64,000 nt of DNA from an uncultured bacterium (GTDB lineage: Bacteria > Poribacteria > WGA-4E > WGA-3G), in NCBI GenBank assembly GCA_964593655.1, contig CAZQIP010000155.1, forward strand, positions 1,761-65,760. Direction: 5' to 3'. Below the pieces are notes generated by a model, which saw only the letters and a program-made list of their open reading frames with translations, was not told the DNA's origin and ran no database searches. This document shows positions 27,045 to 35,608 of this stretch, in pieces. Both the position numbers and the translations under genes were made by a program. The first letter of the stretch is position 1. Each line of letters starts with the position of its first letter.

Positions 27045-28697
27045 TCATTCCTCCATCATAGGCGGACCGAACATATGTCTAAATTCACGCCGCTGCCAAG
27101 GACTCAGCACCTCGGCATCTACTTGTTGCGGAAGTTGAATAAACATTTCTATTACAGCATCTTCGTTTGAGGAAGGGAGTGTCAGTTGTCCAACTACGGT
27201 TTCTAAGTGGTTCCGTTGTGTTTCGTCCAAGAGGAGCTGGCTATCTATAATGGCTACCAACCTATCGCGTAGTGCCTGTTGCCGCAAGTTATCTCTTTCG
27301 GTTTGGTGGGCGCGATATTGCTTAAAGGCATCTTCGGGGAGTACATCCTTGATGGCTTGTTGGTAGATCGGATGTTCTGTAATGTCAGGTTTACTTCTCA
27401 GGACTTCGAGGTTCCCAGCAGCTTCTTCACGTGTTATTTCGCCAGCCTCGACTGCCTGCCTGAGTTTTGCTGCGGTTTCCCGGTACATTTCCCCCGGATC
27501 TTTGCCTTGAGTTTCCATGTATCGTTGAACAACCCCTTTAGTCGCTAATTGTAAACGCCGAGAGACATCTTCGTTGAGGGGGCCTAACAGTTCGGTATGC
27601 GCCATCAATTTGGCTTCCGCGATTTCCTGCATCTGCTTTATTCGTTCTTGAGACTCCGGTGTATTATCCTTATTATCGGGTTTGGCAGTATCAACAGGGT
27701 CTTCCATTTCGGCACCGGGTAGACGCACGAAAATTGAGGGTGGCTCCTCTGTACTCGTCTTAACCAGTCCATGCCAAATCTTGGACTGGGTCTGACTCAA
27801 TATCTCATCCAGAGAGATTTTTAATTGATAATGCACCAGATGGACTGCATTCAGTGAATCGATCATCATACTCATTGCAGTGAGAAAAGATTTACCTTCT
27901 GTTGTATCAAGTAGCAACTGTTCAACCCTTTGGCGTTGAACTGTGGTTAAGCTGAGTTCTTGGTCAAAAAGCACTGCTATTTGATGAACGGTTGCTTGCA
28001 GGTGTCTCTGTTGCCTCGCTCGGTTGAGCTTCAGGTAGTTCTTCAGTTGTGTATCGGTCAGATGTTTTGCGAATGTTGGTTTCGTGGAAGGATGCAGCAA
28101 TAATAGTTCAAGGAGTGCCACATTGCCGTCTGTCGCTGCTTTTGCGAAAACACGCAAGTTCTCGTCCTGCGTTAGCGCGGTTTGAATTGATTTGAAGGTT
28201 GATTGGCGGAGCACTTTGATAACAGGGGCATCCAGATTGTAACGCTTACCGATATTTTCAGCAACGCCCTGAAGTAAGGATTCAATTTTCCTATCAAGGG
28301 TAGGATCCGCTCTTCTCGCTGGCACTTCAGCGCGTGGTCCGAAATTGCCTTTTTCAGTTATATTGAACGGGACATAGTGGTCGCCGCCTTTAACGATTGT
28401 AACAGGTTTTCCGCTGCGGGTGTTGTAGCCTTCTTTGTAGATGCTGATGGTATAACGTCCTGCGGGGATGCCCGATTTTTTGTAATCACCGTTCGCATCT
28501 GTTTTTGTTGTGTACGCTGTGCCGTCTTGGGCGACAATTTTGATTTCAACGCCTTCAATTGGTTTCTGTCCTTGCGTTAAATCTGCAATCATGCCTCGGA
28601 TAGTCCCACCATTCACAGGGTCGTCTTGCGCGAAGGTGATGCCAGAAAACATACCGACACAAGCAACGGTTATTAACATGGAAATTAGACGAGTCAT
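27045..28697 (-). CDS. secreted protein: carboxypeptidase-regulatory-like beta-sandwich plus LTXXQ-motif helical region
   Basis: The start is taken at ATG 28697 (MTRLISMLITVACVGMFSGITFAQ), with SD aggagg. The N-terminal domain reads GTIRGMIADL...VEIKIVAQDGTAYTTKTDANGDYKKSGIPAGRYTISIYKEGY. It is followed by LTDTQ, LTTVQRQRVEQLL, LDETQRNHLE and LSPWQRREF. Confidence 0.7.
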   Translation of the reverse strand: MTRLISMLITVACVGMFSGITFAQDDPVNGGTIRGMIADLTQGQKPIEGVEIKIVAQDGTAYTTKTDANGDYKKSGIPAGRYTISIYKEGYNTRSGKPVTIVKGGDHYVPFNITEKGNFGPRAEVPARRADPTLDRKIESLLQGVAENIGKRYNLDAPVIKVLRQSTFKSIQTALTQDENLRVFAKAATDGNVALLELLLLHPSTKPTFAKHLTDTQLKNYLKLNRARQQRHLQATVHQIAVLFDQELSLTTVQRQRVEQLLLDTTEGKSFLTAMSMMIDSLNAVHLVHYQLKISLDEILSQTQSKIWHGLVKTSTEEPPSIFVRLPGAEMEDPVDTAKPDNKDNTPESQERIKQMQEIAEAKLMAHTELLGPLNEDVSRRLQLATKGVVQRYMETQGKDPGEMYRETAAKLRQAVEAGEITREEAAGNLEVLRSKPDITEHPIYQQAIKDVLPEDAFKQYRAHQTERDNLRQQALRDRLVAIIDSQLLLDETQRNHLETVVGQLTLPSSNEDAVIEMFIQLPQQVDAEVLSPWQRREFRHMFGPPMMEE

Positions 28698-28728
28698 GGT
28701 TTCAATCCTCCTTGTGATTATCTTCCAC

Positions 28729-29829
28729 TCACTTGCGGAACTGACGTTCAAAACCTGCTTGCATAGATGTCAACATTTCCTGCTGCCAAGGACTCAACAT
28801 CTCGTGATCTGTCCGTTGGAGGAGTTGGTAGAACAGACTTGGTAAGGCATCTGTTTTCAATAGGTCAACGGTTAGTTCTGCTGCTGTCGTTTCTAACCGT
28901 TTTCGCTGCGTATCGTCTAAAACCAGGGACGTTCCCAAGCTGGCGACTGCGACATCACGTAAAGCCTGTTGATGCCACTTGTCCCTTTCGGTTTGGTGCG
29001 CGGTATATTGCGCGAACGCCTCTTCAGAAAGTACATCTTTGATGGTTTTTTGAAAAAGCGGATTCCTTGTAATATCCCCATTAGGTTCGCGCCATCGTAT
29101 TGCGCCGTACTCGTTCCATAATTCTTGCTTCAGGGCATCGTGTCTCTCATCGAGCTGTTTGTCGGTCATTTCACCCGCCTCAACTGCTTGCCTGAGTTTT
29201 GCTGCGGTTTCTTGGTATGCTGCTTCGGGGTCTGTGTCTTGTGCGTCAATGTATTGTTGAACGACAACACCTTCAATTGCTGACAAACGCCGAGAAGCCT
29301 CCTTATTGAGTGGGCCTAACAAGTCAGCGTGTGCTCTTAACTTAGCTATGGCGAAGGACCTCAGTCGAAACTCCACCTGGACTTTGTTACCTGTCGCCAT
29401 TTTTTTCGCCGCTATACCCTGCAAAAGATGATACTGGGCCTGGGTCAATAGTTCCTCCAGAGAGATTTCTAACTTATCGTCTATCAGATGTAATGCCTCC
29501 AATATATCAATTTCAAATAGGTGCATTGATTTTGCTGTCGCGTCAAGTAGTGTTGGAAAAGATTCATTTGCTGTCGCGTCAAATAGTGATTGCTCAAGAT
29601 TTTTGCGTTGATCTTCTGTTAAGATGAGTTCTTGGCCAATCCATGCCGCTATATATCGGGCAACTGCCCGTTGATCTTGGTGCTGCAGCTTCGTTGTGTC
29701 TGTCATCTGACCGCGGCGGGTTCCACCGTTTAAAGCGTTATCCTGTGCAAAGACAATACCAACGGATATACCGATACAAGCGATTAAACTTAGCATAAAG
29801 GTATAGTAGAATGTTTTTCTAAGTCGCAT
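28729..29829 (-). CDS. secreted LTXXQ-motif helical protein (paralogue of the C-terminal part of 27045-28697)
   Basis: 366 aa with signal peptide ending IVFAQD. Blocks shared with the upstream protein are HADLLGPLN.E.SRRL, ETAAKLRQAVEAGE, AHQTERD..(Q)QALRD, LDDTQRKRLE and LSPWQQ. Confidence 0.7.
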   Translation of the reverse strand: MRLRKTFYYTFMLSLIACIGISVGIVFAQDNALNGGTRRGQMTDTTKLQHQDQRAVARYIAAWIGQELILTEDQRKNLEQSLFDATANESFPTLLDATAKSMHLFEIDILEALHLIDDKLEISLEELLTQAQYHLLQGIAAKKMATGNKVQVEFRLRSFAIAKLRAHADLLGPLNKEASRRLSAIEGVVVQQYIDAQDTDPEAAYQETAAKLRQAVEAGEMTDKQLDERHDALKQELWNEYGAIRWREPNGDITRNPLFQKTIKDVLSEEAFAQYTAHQTERDKWHQQALRDVAVASLGTSLVLDDTQRKRLETTAAELTVDLLKTDALPSLFYQLLQRTDHEMLSPWQQEMLTSMQAGFERQFRK

Positions 29830-29842
29830 TGTAAATTCCCGC

Positions 29843-30847
29843 CTAATTCTCTTGGATTGTAGCTAAACCGGTCTGCCATTCCTGCCCCTTTTTGCCAGCA
29901 TAGAGCATAACATAGGTGTCACCGATTTCGAGGATCTGCCCTGTCAACACACCGTCGCAATCAAATGCGTCAGGGTCGTCTGAGGGTGTGAATATAGGGT
30001 TGTCCGGGTTCGGCTCGAAGGTTTGGAAATCGCGAGTTCGGACATGACCCATCCGCCAGACTTCGCCATCGAAACCGCCATAGATAACATGGAAGTACTG
30101 TGGCCCTTTGAACAATTCGGTTTCGCGAACGGCTTTACTGTCCCACACTTCCCCGCTACCTGTGAAAACAGGATTAGCAGAATTTTTTGTGACCAATGCT
30201 GGATTACTCGTCGGCGCGGTGGCGTGACACATCGTGAGTCCCTCGCCAAATGACCGTGTCGCCTTTCCGGTATAAACGATGTGAATTGTGTCGTCTTCTA
30301 CTGCTACCGAAGGGTGCGTTGAACCGTGTCGTTCGTGTTCGGTATCTGCCGGAATGACAGGTGTATGCTGAACGCGATGCCATTCGCCGAGGTCCCCATC
30401 GCTCACAAGCAGACCTGTCTGTTCGGGTTTAACCAAAAACTCGTTCCCCTGTTCCAAATCTGATGTAGCCGAGTTTTTGGTTAAGTTTTCCCCCTTGCCC
30501 CGATAGTACATGTAAAATCTGCCATCAGCAGGATTTAGGAACGGGAAAGGATACTCAACGGCTGCGTTATCAAAACCGTCTGCTGAGGGTTCAAGAATAG
30601 GGTTTCGCGCGTCCTGCGTGATGTCAGTGAGGTTAGAAATTGGAGCCGTGGCGTGCATTATCAACCAGCGAACACCAATATCCCGTTTACACCAAATATA
30701 GTGTACCGTCTCATCAACGATGATCGCATGCGTTGCCGCTGCCCAGAGCGGTGGCGGCAGGGCGATGATCGGATTGCCTGTCTCTATCCTCTTGAAACTG
30801 GCGAATAGCTCAAACGGAATGGCATCTTTTTCCCCATCGGTTTCCAT
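29843..30847 (-). CDS. beta-propeller glycosidase-like protein (GH43/GH130-like)
   Basis: The start is taken at ATG 30847 (METDGEKD), with SD gaggag 7 nt upstream. Blade motifs are FYMYYRGKG, IHIVYTGKA, FHVIYGG...RMGHVRTRDFQTFEPNPDNPIF and YVMLYAGK. No signal peptide is present. Confidence 0.6.
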   Translation of the reverse strand: METDGEKDAIPFELFASFKRIETGNPIIALPPPLWAAATHAIIVDETVHYIWCKRDIGVRWLIMHATAPISNLTDITQDARNPILEPSADGFDNAAVEYPFPFLNPADGRFYMYYRGKGENLTKNSATSDLEQGNEFLVKPEQTGLLVSDGDLGEWHRVQHTPVIPADTEHERHGSTHPSVAVEDDTIHIVYTGKATRSFGEGLTMCHATAPTSNPALVTKNSANPVFTGSGEVWDSKAVRETELFKGPQYFHVIYGGFDGEVWRMGHVRTRDFQTFEPNPDNPIFTPSDDPDAFDCDGVLTGQILEIGDTYVMLYAGKKGQEWQTGLATIQEN

Positions 30848-30881
30848 CGGTTTCTCCTCTGTTTTGTGACACACTGTGTGT

Positions 30882-33800
30882 TTACTGCCCTCCTTCTAAA
30901 ACGTTGAAATAAGCATCTAATCCCTGACGAAATTCCTCTGGCAAGACGCGTCCTGCTTTGCCTGTCGCTTGTCTCGGTGCTCGGTTTTCAAGAAAGGCTG
31001 TGCCGGTATCGTCCCCAATCCCCATAAGCATCAAAGCAGCAGCGGTGGCTGGTGGTGCCGTTGTTATCGGAGGGGTATTTGGAATTCGGCACGTTTGGAG
31101 CAGAATTTCGATGACTTCCGTTATCGCTGCAATCGCCTTGGGACCTGTATCTGGTTCCGCGAGGATGTCTTCAACCTCATCCATAACATCTGCGGCTGCC
31201 ATCACTTTCGCGAGTTGTTGTTGGATGAGACGTTCCTCAGCAGTAGGCAAGAGGCTGATTTGCGCTGCGACTTCACGGGTATCCTCGGTGAGCGTAATCT
31301 GTGTATCATATAAAGCGATACTGCGCTCTGTGTATGCGTCGGTGGTAATCGCTGCTTTCGCCTGCTCAAGTTCGCGCGTCTCTTCCCGCAACTGAATCTC
31401 GCGGTCAATAATACGCAATACTTCCAAAACGATTTCGGGTGGTAGATTCGGCAATTCCATCATGCCACCCTGTGGCGGTGGGCCATCAGGGCGCGGATCC
31501 ACCAATTGTTCTGCCCATCGATCCAGGGTATCCGCCCAAAATTCCGCCTCAATGGTAGATTGTCCGACGAAATTCTTGTGAATCGTTTTTGCGATGTCTT
31601 GTATCTGATTTGGCGCAAGTGCGTCTTGCATCTCTGAAAGCACACGCAAGTAGTTCGGTGTGGGGCGGCGATCGGAATAAGCCACCATGTCTTGTATGAT
31701 AGTGGATACAGCTTCAGATTCGTTGGTTTCTCGTTCCGCCAAACGTTCCCGATTAGATTGATTGTTTAGGGCGGCGGTGCGGTCAAGACCGAAACTATCA
31801 AGATTGTTCAGGTCTACCGCGATATCGATCTGCTTGCGCGAGGCGGCTTTCAGTCGCTTCACAAACGTGCTATTTTCAAAGCTGACGAGCAACTTGCTCA
31901 TCTCGTCTGCTAATTTAGCAAAAGCATCCAGCAATTCCTGCTGCTCTTCAACGGCTTCGAGGACGAGATCCGCCGCTTGAGGTGCCGGTGTCTCTTCGTC
32001 TTCTGATTTTTCATTGTCCCTTCCGCTGCCTTTGAGCATAGTTGTAGGAATACGGAGCCCCCCCACGATCTGCGGTGCCTGTCCTTCCGCTGCGTCTTCA
32101 CCCTTGTTGAATCCGGACTCAACGTCAGAGACAGTAGGCGTTGGATTGGCGGGGGTAAAACCGGGTTTGCCATCCTGTGGCGGTTTGCTCCGGTTTACGC
32201 TGACTCCCTTGCCGGGTTTGTTCGGATCCTCTGGAATTTCATCCAAACCTTCAGGTGGCACAATACTGTCAGGTCCGTACTTCTCCACCTTTGCCGAGTC
32301 GTTCGGTTCGCCTTCCGTAGACGATTGCTGTCCCTGCGCGGATTGCCCTCCCTGCGCTTCGCTATCGGTAGGTTCACCGGCGGAAGCGGGTTCAGCAGGT
32401 GCCCCGGGTGCCTCAGCGGCACGCGAAAGCAAATCTGCGACAGAAGGCATCCTTTGTCCAGCGATCTCATCTAACTGCTCAATTATATCTCCCCACGCCT
32501 CCAGTTGTTCTGCATCAAATTCTTCATTCTTTGCTGCTTCTTGAACCAACGCTGTGCCGGTTTCGACTAGACTGTCAAGCCTTGCTGCGTTGGCGCGTTC
32601 TGCGGCAGCTTGTTCTTGGATTCTCTTGCGCTGCGCGGGATCGTCAAGTGTCTCTCGAGGCAGGTCGCGTAGTTCGCGGTTGATTTGATGGAGCTGCAAC
32701 TCTTTGTCGTGGACATCCTTTGCGGCACCCGTCCAGAGCTGCATCTGTCCGACTAACCACTTGAAGTGTTCTGATGGCGTAAGCACATGGAGGACGAGGT
32801 GCGACGAATAGATACGATCACGGTTAGGGAGATAGTCCTCTGCATAGGCACGCAGCCGGATGCTCTGCGGTTTCACACTCTCACGTTTCGGTGAAAATGT
32901 GGCAGCAACGGTCAGGGTGTCCGCCGTTGGTGTCCCTGCGGATACTATTTTCTCGCCGCTGGTGGGTTCGGGGTTGTGAATCGGATTGCGGATGCCTTCC
33001 CATTCTAAGCCGATCCGTTTCACACCAAAATCGTCCGCTGCCTGAATCTCAAAAGCAAGCACTTCATTAGAAATGACGACTTGATTGTTCTTTAGTTTAC
33101 TTAAAGCGACCGTTGGTGCTTCATCATTGAGTGCCTCGAATCGTAGCACTTGCGGTTCACGTGCGGCGAGTCCGAAGCGGTCCCGCCATGTCAAGTGCAT
33201 TTCTGTCGTCGTCTCTACCGATATCGGTTCGGTCGTCACACGCGCGCCATCCACTTTTTGGGGACGATTGTTCAACGTTGCTTCTGACAGTTCACGTGTA
33301 GTTGTGGCTTCTAAAGTGGCAGTGCTGCCCTTCACTAAGTTCACGATTCCGCCGCGCACATCATCTATTCGTGGTTCTTGGCGTTGTAGATAGTCGGGGA
33401 ATTGGACTTTAGCAGTAAGGTCTTTGAGTGCAGGGCGCAATTTGGGTTCGACTGGAATAGAACGCCGTGCGTCTCCAACTCGGAGTGCGACACTTCCCTC
33501 CTTGGTTTGCGGCGGTAACTGAAATTTGTAGGATGTCCCGTCGCGTTCGGCAACGATCGGTGTCTGATCCGCGTATCGTGCCTCACCCGATTCGGGTTTC
33601 CATGGAGAATCCTCTTTAAGACGGGTTTCAACATCGAAGGGTTCCGCGTAAGCGACGACGCGACGATCGGCGTTACCTTCCAACTGGGCAAAAGTATACC
33701 GCTCTACGTTCCGCCACGGCGTTAACCATCGAGCGAGTGTATTTCGACTCGTTGCGGGAATCACAAGGATCCCGATGACAACCAGTATTATGGGGACACC

Positions 33801-34304
33801 TGCTGCATAAGCCCAACGGCGATGTCGCGGATTCGGAACAGCGTCTGCCAGATTATGCTTTGCTACCTCGGCATCCACCTGACGCATCGCTGCCTCAACT
33901 AAAGCGGGGCTTGCCGATTTATCTGACCTATTGGAAGCGAGTTCCACGATGCCGAGCACGTGATCACCGAAACGTGGAAACTTATGCTGCAACAGCCGAG
34001 CGATGCCTTCCAAGCTCCGATGTCGCCACACCCAATTATAGTACTTTAGGGGCAAAAAGAACACCATCCCTACCATTCCAGTGAGTAGGATAAGTACCCG
34101 CAAAAGCGTAGGTGTATCAAACAAGCGGTCTAAGCCAAACACGACAAGATACGAAATCATGATGCCGAAGATCGCCGCTAGTGTTCCCTCGGCGAGCTTG
34201 ATTATCCATACCCTTTTCCGATACTGTTCTAACGCGTCCTGCATACGCCGGGGTAAGCCAACCGTATCTTTTTGTGATCTTGTTTTTTCTTCTGTCTGGT
34301 TCAT
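30882..34304 (-). CDS. 1140-aa membrane protein of the Bat-like cluster (DUF4175-like by size and topology)
   Basis: SD aaggaga. N-terminal TM hairpin (LAEGTLAAIFGIMISYLVVFG / LLRVLILLTGMVGMVFFL) plus a third TM (AAGVPIILVVIGILVI). A long extracytoplasmic region carries a Pro/Gly/Glu/Gln-rich disordered stretch (APGAPAEPASAGEPTDSEAQGGQSAQGQQSS...). The family name is from memory, not from a search. Confidence 0.65.
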   Translation of the reverse strand: MNQTEEKTRSQKDTVGLPRRMQDALEQYRKRVWIIKLAEGTLAAIFGIMISYLVVFGLDRLFDTPTLLRVLILLTGMVGMVFFLPLKYYNWVWRHRSLEGIARLLQHKFPRFGDHVLGIVELASNRSDKSASPALVEAAMRQVDAEVAKHNLADAVPNPRHRRWAYAAGVPIILVVIGILVIPATSRNTLARWLTPWRNVERYTFAQLEGNADRRVVAYAEPFDVETRLKEDSPWKPESGEARYADQTPIVAERDGTSYKFQLPPQTKEGSVALRVGDARRSIPVEPKLRPALKDLTAKVQFPDYLQRQEPRIDDVRGGIVNLVKGSTATLEATTTRELSEATLNNRPQKVDGARVTTEPISVETTTEMHLTWRDRFGLAAREPQVLRFEALNDEAPTVALSKLKNNQVVISNEVLAFEIQAADDFGVKRIGLEWEGIRNPIHNPEPTSGEKIVSAGTPTADTLTVAATFSPKRESVKPQSIRLRAYAEDYLPNRDRIYSSHLVLHVLTPSEHFKWLVGQMQLWTGAAKDVHDKELQLHQINRELRDLPRETLDDPAQRKRIQEQAAAERANAARLDSLVETGTALVQEAAKNEEFDAEQLEAWGDIIEQLDEIAGQRMPSVADLLSRAAEAPGAPAEPASAGEPTDSEAQGGQSAQGQQSSTEGEPNDSAKVEKYGPDSIVPPEGLDEIPEDPNKPGKGVSVNRSKPPQDGKPGFTPANPTPTVSDVESGFNKGEDAAEGQAPQIVGGLRIPTTMLKGSGRDNEKSEDEETPAPQAADLVLEAVEEQQELLDAFAKLADEMSKLLVSFENSTFVKRLKAASRKQIDIAVDLNNLDSFGLDRTAALNNQSNRERLAERETNESEAVSTIIQDMVAYSDRRPTPNYLRVLSEMQDALAPNQIQDIAKTIHKNFVGQSTIEAEFWADTLDRWAEQLVDPRPDGPPPQGGMMELPNLPPEIVLEVLRIIDREIQLREETRELEQAKAAITTDAYTERSIALYDTQITLTEDTREVAAQISLLPTAEERLIQQQLAKVMAAADVMDEVEDILAEPDTGPKAIAAITEVIEILLQTCRIPNTPPITTAPPATAAALMLMGIGDDTGTAFLENRAPRQATGKAGRVLPEEFRQGLDAYFNVLEGGQ

Positions 34305-34476
34305 CAGAAATCTCCTTGTAATAGTTATAAGTTATAGGTTCTTGGTTTCGGTTTCCGATGTAATCACACCTTCTTTGAAATTTCCCAACACCTCTGAAAT
34401 GTTCAGAAGTTTCAAAGAGGGTTGCTGACATCAGAACGCAAACTTATAACTTATAACCAAGAACTATTAACAATTT
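34305..34476 (-). repeat. leader GT-word/AC-word repeat element
   Basis: gttataagttat (34324-34335) is complementary to ataacttataac (34446-34457). gttcttggtt (34338-34347) is complementary to aaccaagaac (34456-34465). The centre holds ctttgaaa...tttcaaag and ctgaa-atg-ttcag hairpins. The proximal arm abuts the SD of the 1140-aa gene. Confidence 0.5.
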
Positions 34477-35478
34477 TTATACCCACCCATCATCAATCAT
34501 CAATGTCAATGGGGATTCCATCTCTTCAAGGGGTAGCTGAATCCGTTGTCGTTTCCGAGACGATTCATAAATTGCCATAAGGAGTTCTAAGGAGGCGTAT
34601 CCTTGGAAACCACTTGAACAGTGTTCACGGTTCTCCTCAATAGCTGCAATCAGGTCTTGTACAGGGCTAATTTCCGAAGGTAATTCCGTTGTCCGCCACG
34701 CGCCTCCGGATTGCTGGTTACGGATACGGAGTGCCGGTCCACCTGGTGCCGCCAGTTCAATCTCACCTTCTGTCCCATAGCAGTAGATATGGTGATAACC
34801 AGGTGCAGTGTCGCTACCGGATTCGATGATACCTCGGACATTGTCTTCAAATTTGAAGTACCCGATCGCGAAATCCTCGGAGTGCAGATCATATTTAGTC
34901 GGCGTGCCGATCCGTTCGATTTGACCTATCACCCAACTCACCGGACGGTCCCCGTAAATAAATCGCATCAGATCAACCGTATGTGTAGCATTGTCTTTCA
35001 GGTCGCCACCGCCACAGATGGCGTGGATTCGGAAGAGTTCACCGATTTGACCTTCGGCAATCATCTGTTTCGCTACAACATAAGGTGCGTTAAACCGCAG
35101 CTGATGGTCAATCGCTAATTTCACATTGTGCTGTGAACACGTCTCAAGCATCTCCCGCGCCTGTCCGAGATTTTCCGCCATCGGTTTTTCGGAAAGAATC
35201 CCTTTGACACCGCGTTTTGCGACTTCAATCACAACCGGTGCGTGCATCTTTGGACGCGTACAGACCGAAACAATATCGATATCTTCTGTCTCGAGCATCT
35301 CAATGTAATCAGTATACTGCTTTTCGACCTCGTATTGTTCGCCGTAGGCTTTCACGCGCGCTGGGTCAATGTCGGAAATTGCAGTTAGCGTTGCTCTCGA
35401 TTCCTTCAAATACCATCCAGTATGCATGTGGGAAATTCCACCGCAACCGACTATTGCTACTTTATAATTCTTGCCCAT
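34477..35478 (-). CDS. Gfo/Idh/MocA family NAD(P)-dependent oxidoreductase
   Basis: 333 aa. The N-terminal Rossmann motif is KVAIVGCGGISHMH. The EKP motif (GILSEKPMA) and the C-terminal alpha/beta domain are typical of the family. Confidence 0.9.
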   Translation of the reverse strand: MGKNYKVAIVGCGGISHMHTGWYLKESRATLTAISDIDPARVKAYGEQYEVEKQYTDYIEMLETEDIDIVSVCTRPKMHAPVVIEVAKRGVKGILSEKPMAENLGQAREMLETCSQHNVKLAIDHQLRFNAPYVVAKQMIAEGQIGELFRIHAICGGGDLKDNATHTVDLMRFIYGDRPVSWVIGQIERIGTPTKYDLHSEDFAIGYFKFEDNVRGIIESGSDTAPGYHHIYCYGTEGEIELAAPGGPALRIRNQQSGGAWRTTELPSEISPVQDLIAAIEENREHCSSGFQGYASLELLMAIYESSRKRQRIQLPLEEMESPLTLMIDDGWV

Positions 35479-35560
35479 TGTAATAAATCCCTTCCCAACT
35501 TCTGGTCAGAATAGGTCGTTGGTTATCGGCTTGGCTTCCATATTCACGTCTTGATGGTAT

Positions 35561-35590
35561 ATTATACCACGTTTTATCGTAAGGTGTCTA
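35561..35590 (-). promoter_or_regulatory. sigma70-type promoter with extended -10 (TAGACA-18 nt-TGgTATAAT) inside the cluster
   Basis: On the minus strand, the -35 TAGACA corresponds to plus 35585-35590. The spacer is 18 nt. TGgTATAAT corresponds to plus 35561-35569. The promoter lies about 82 nt upstream of the Gfo/Idh/MocA ATG (35478) and just after the stop of the 35609 gene. Confidence 0.45.
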
Positions 35591-35608
35591 TTGCTTTTCA
35601 TGATAAGT

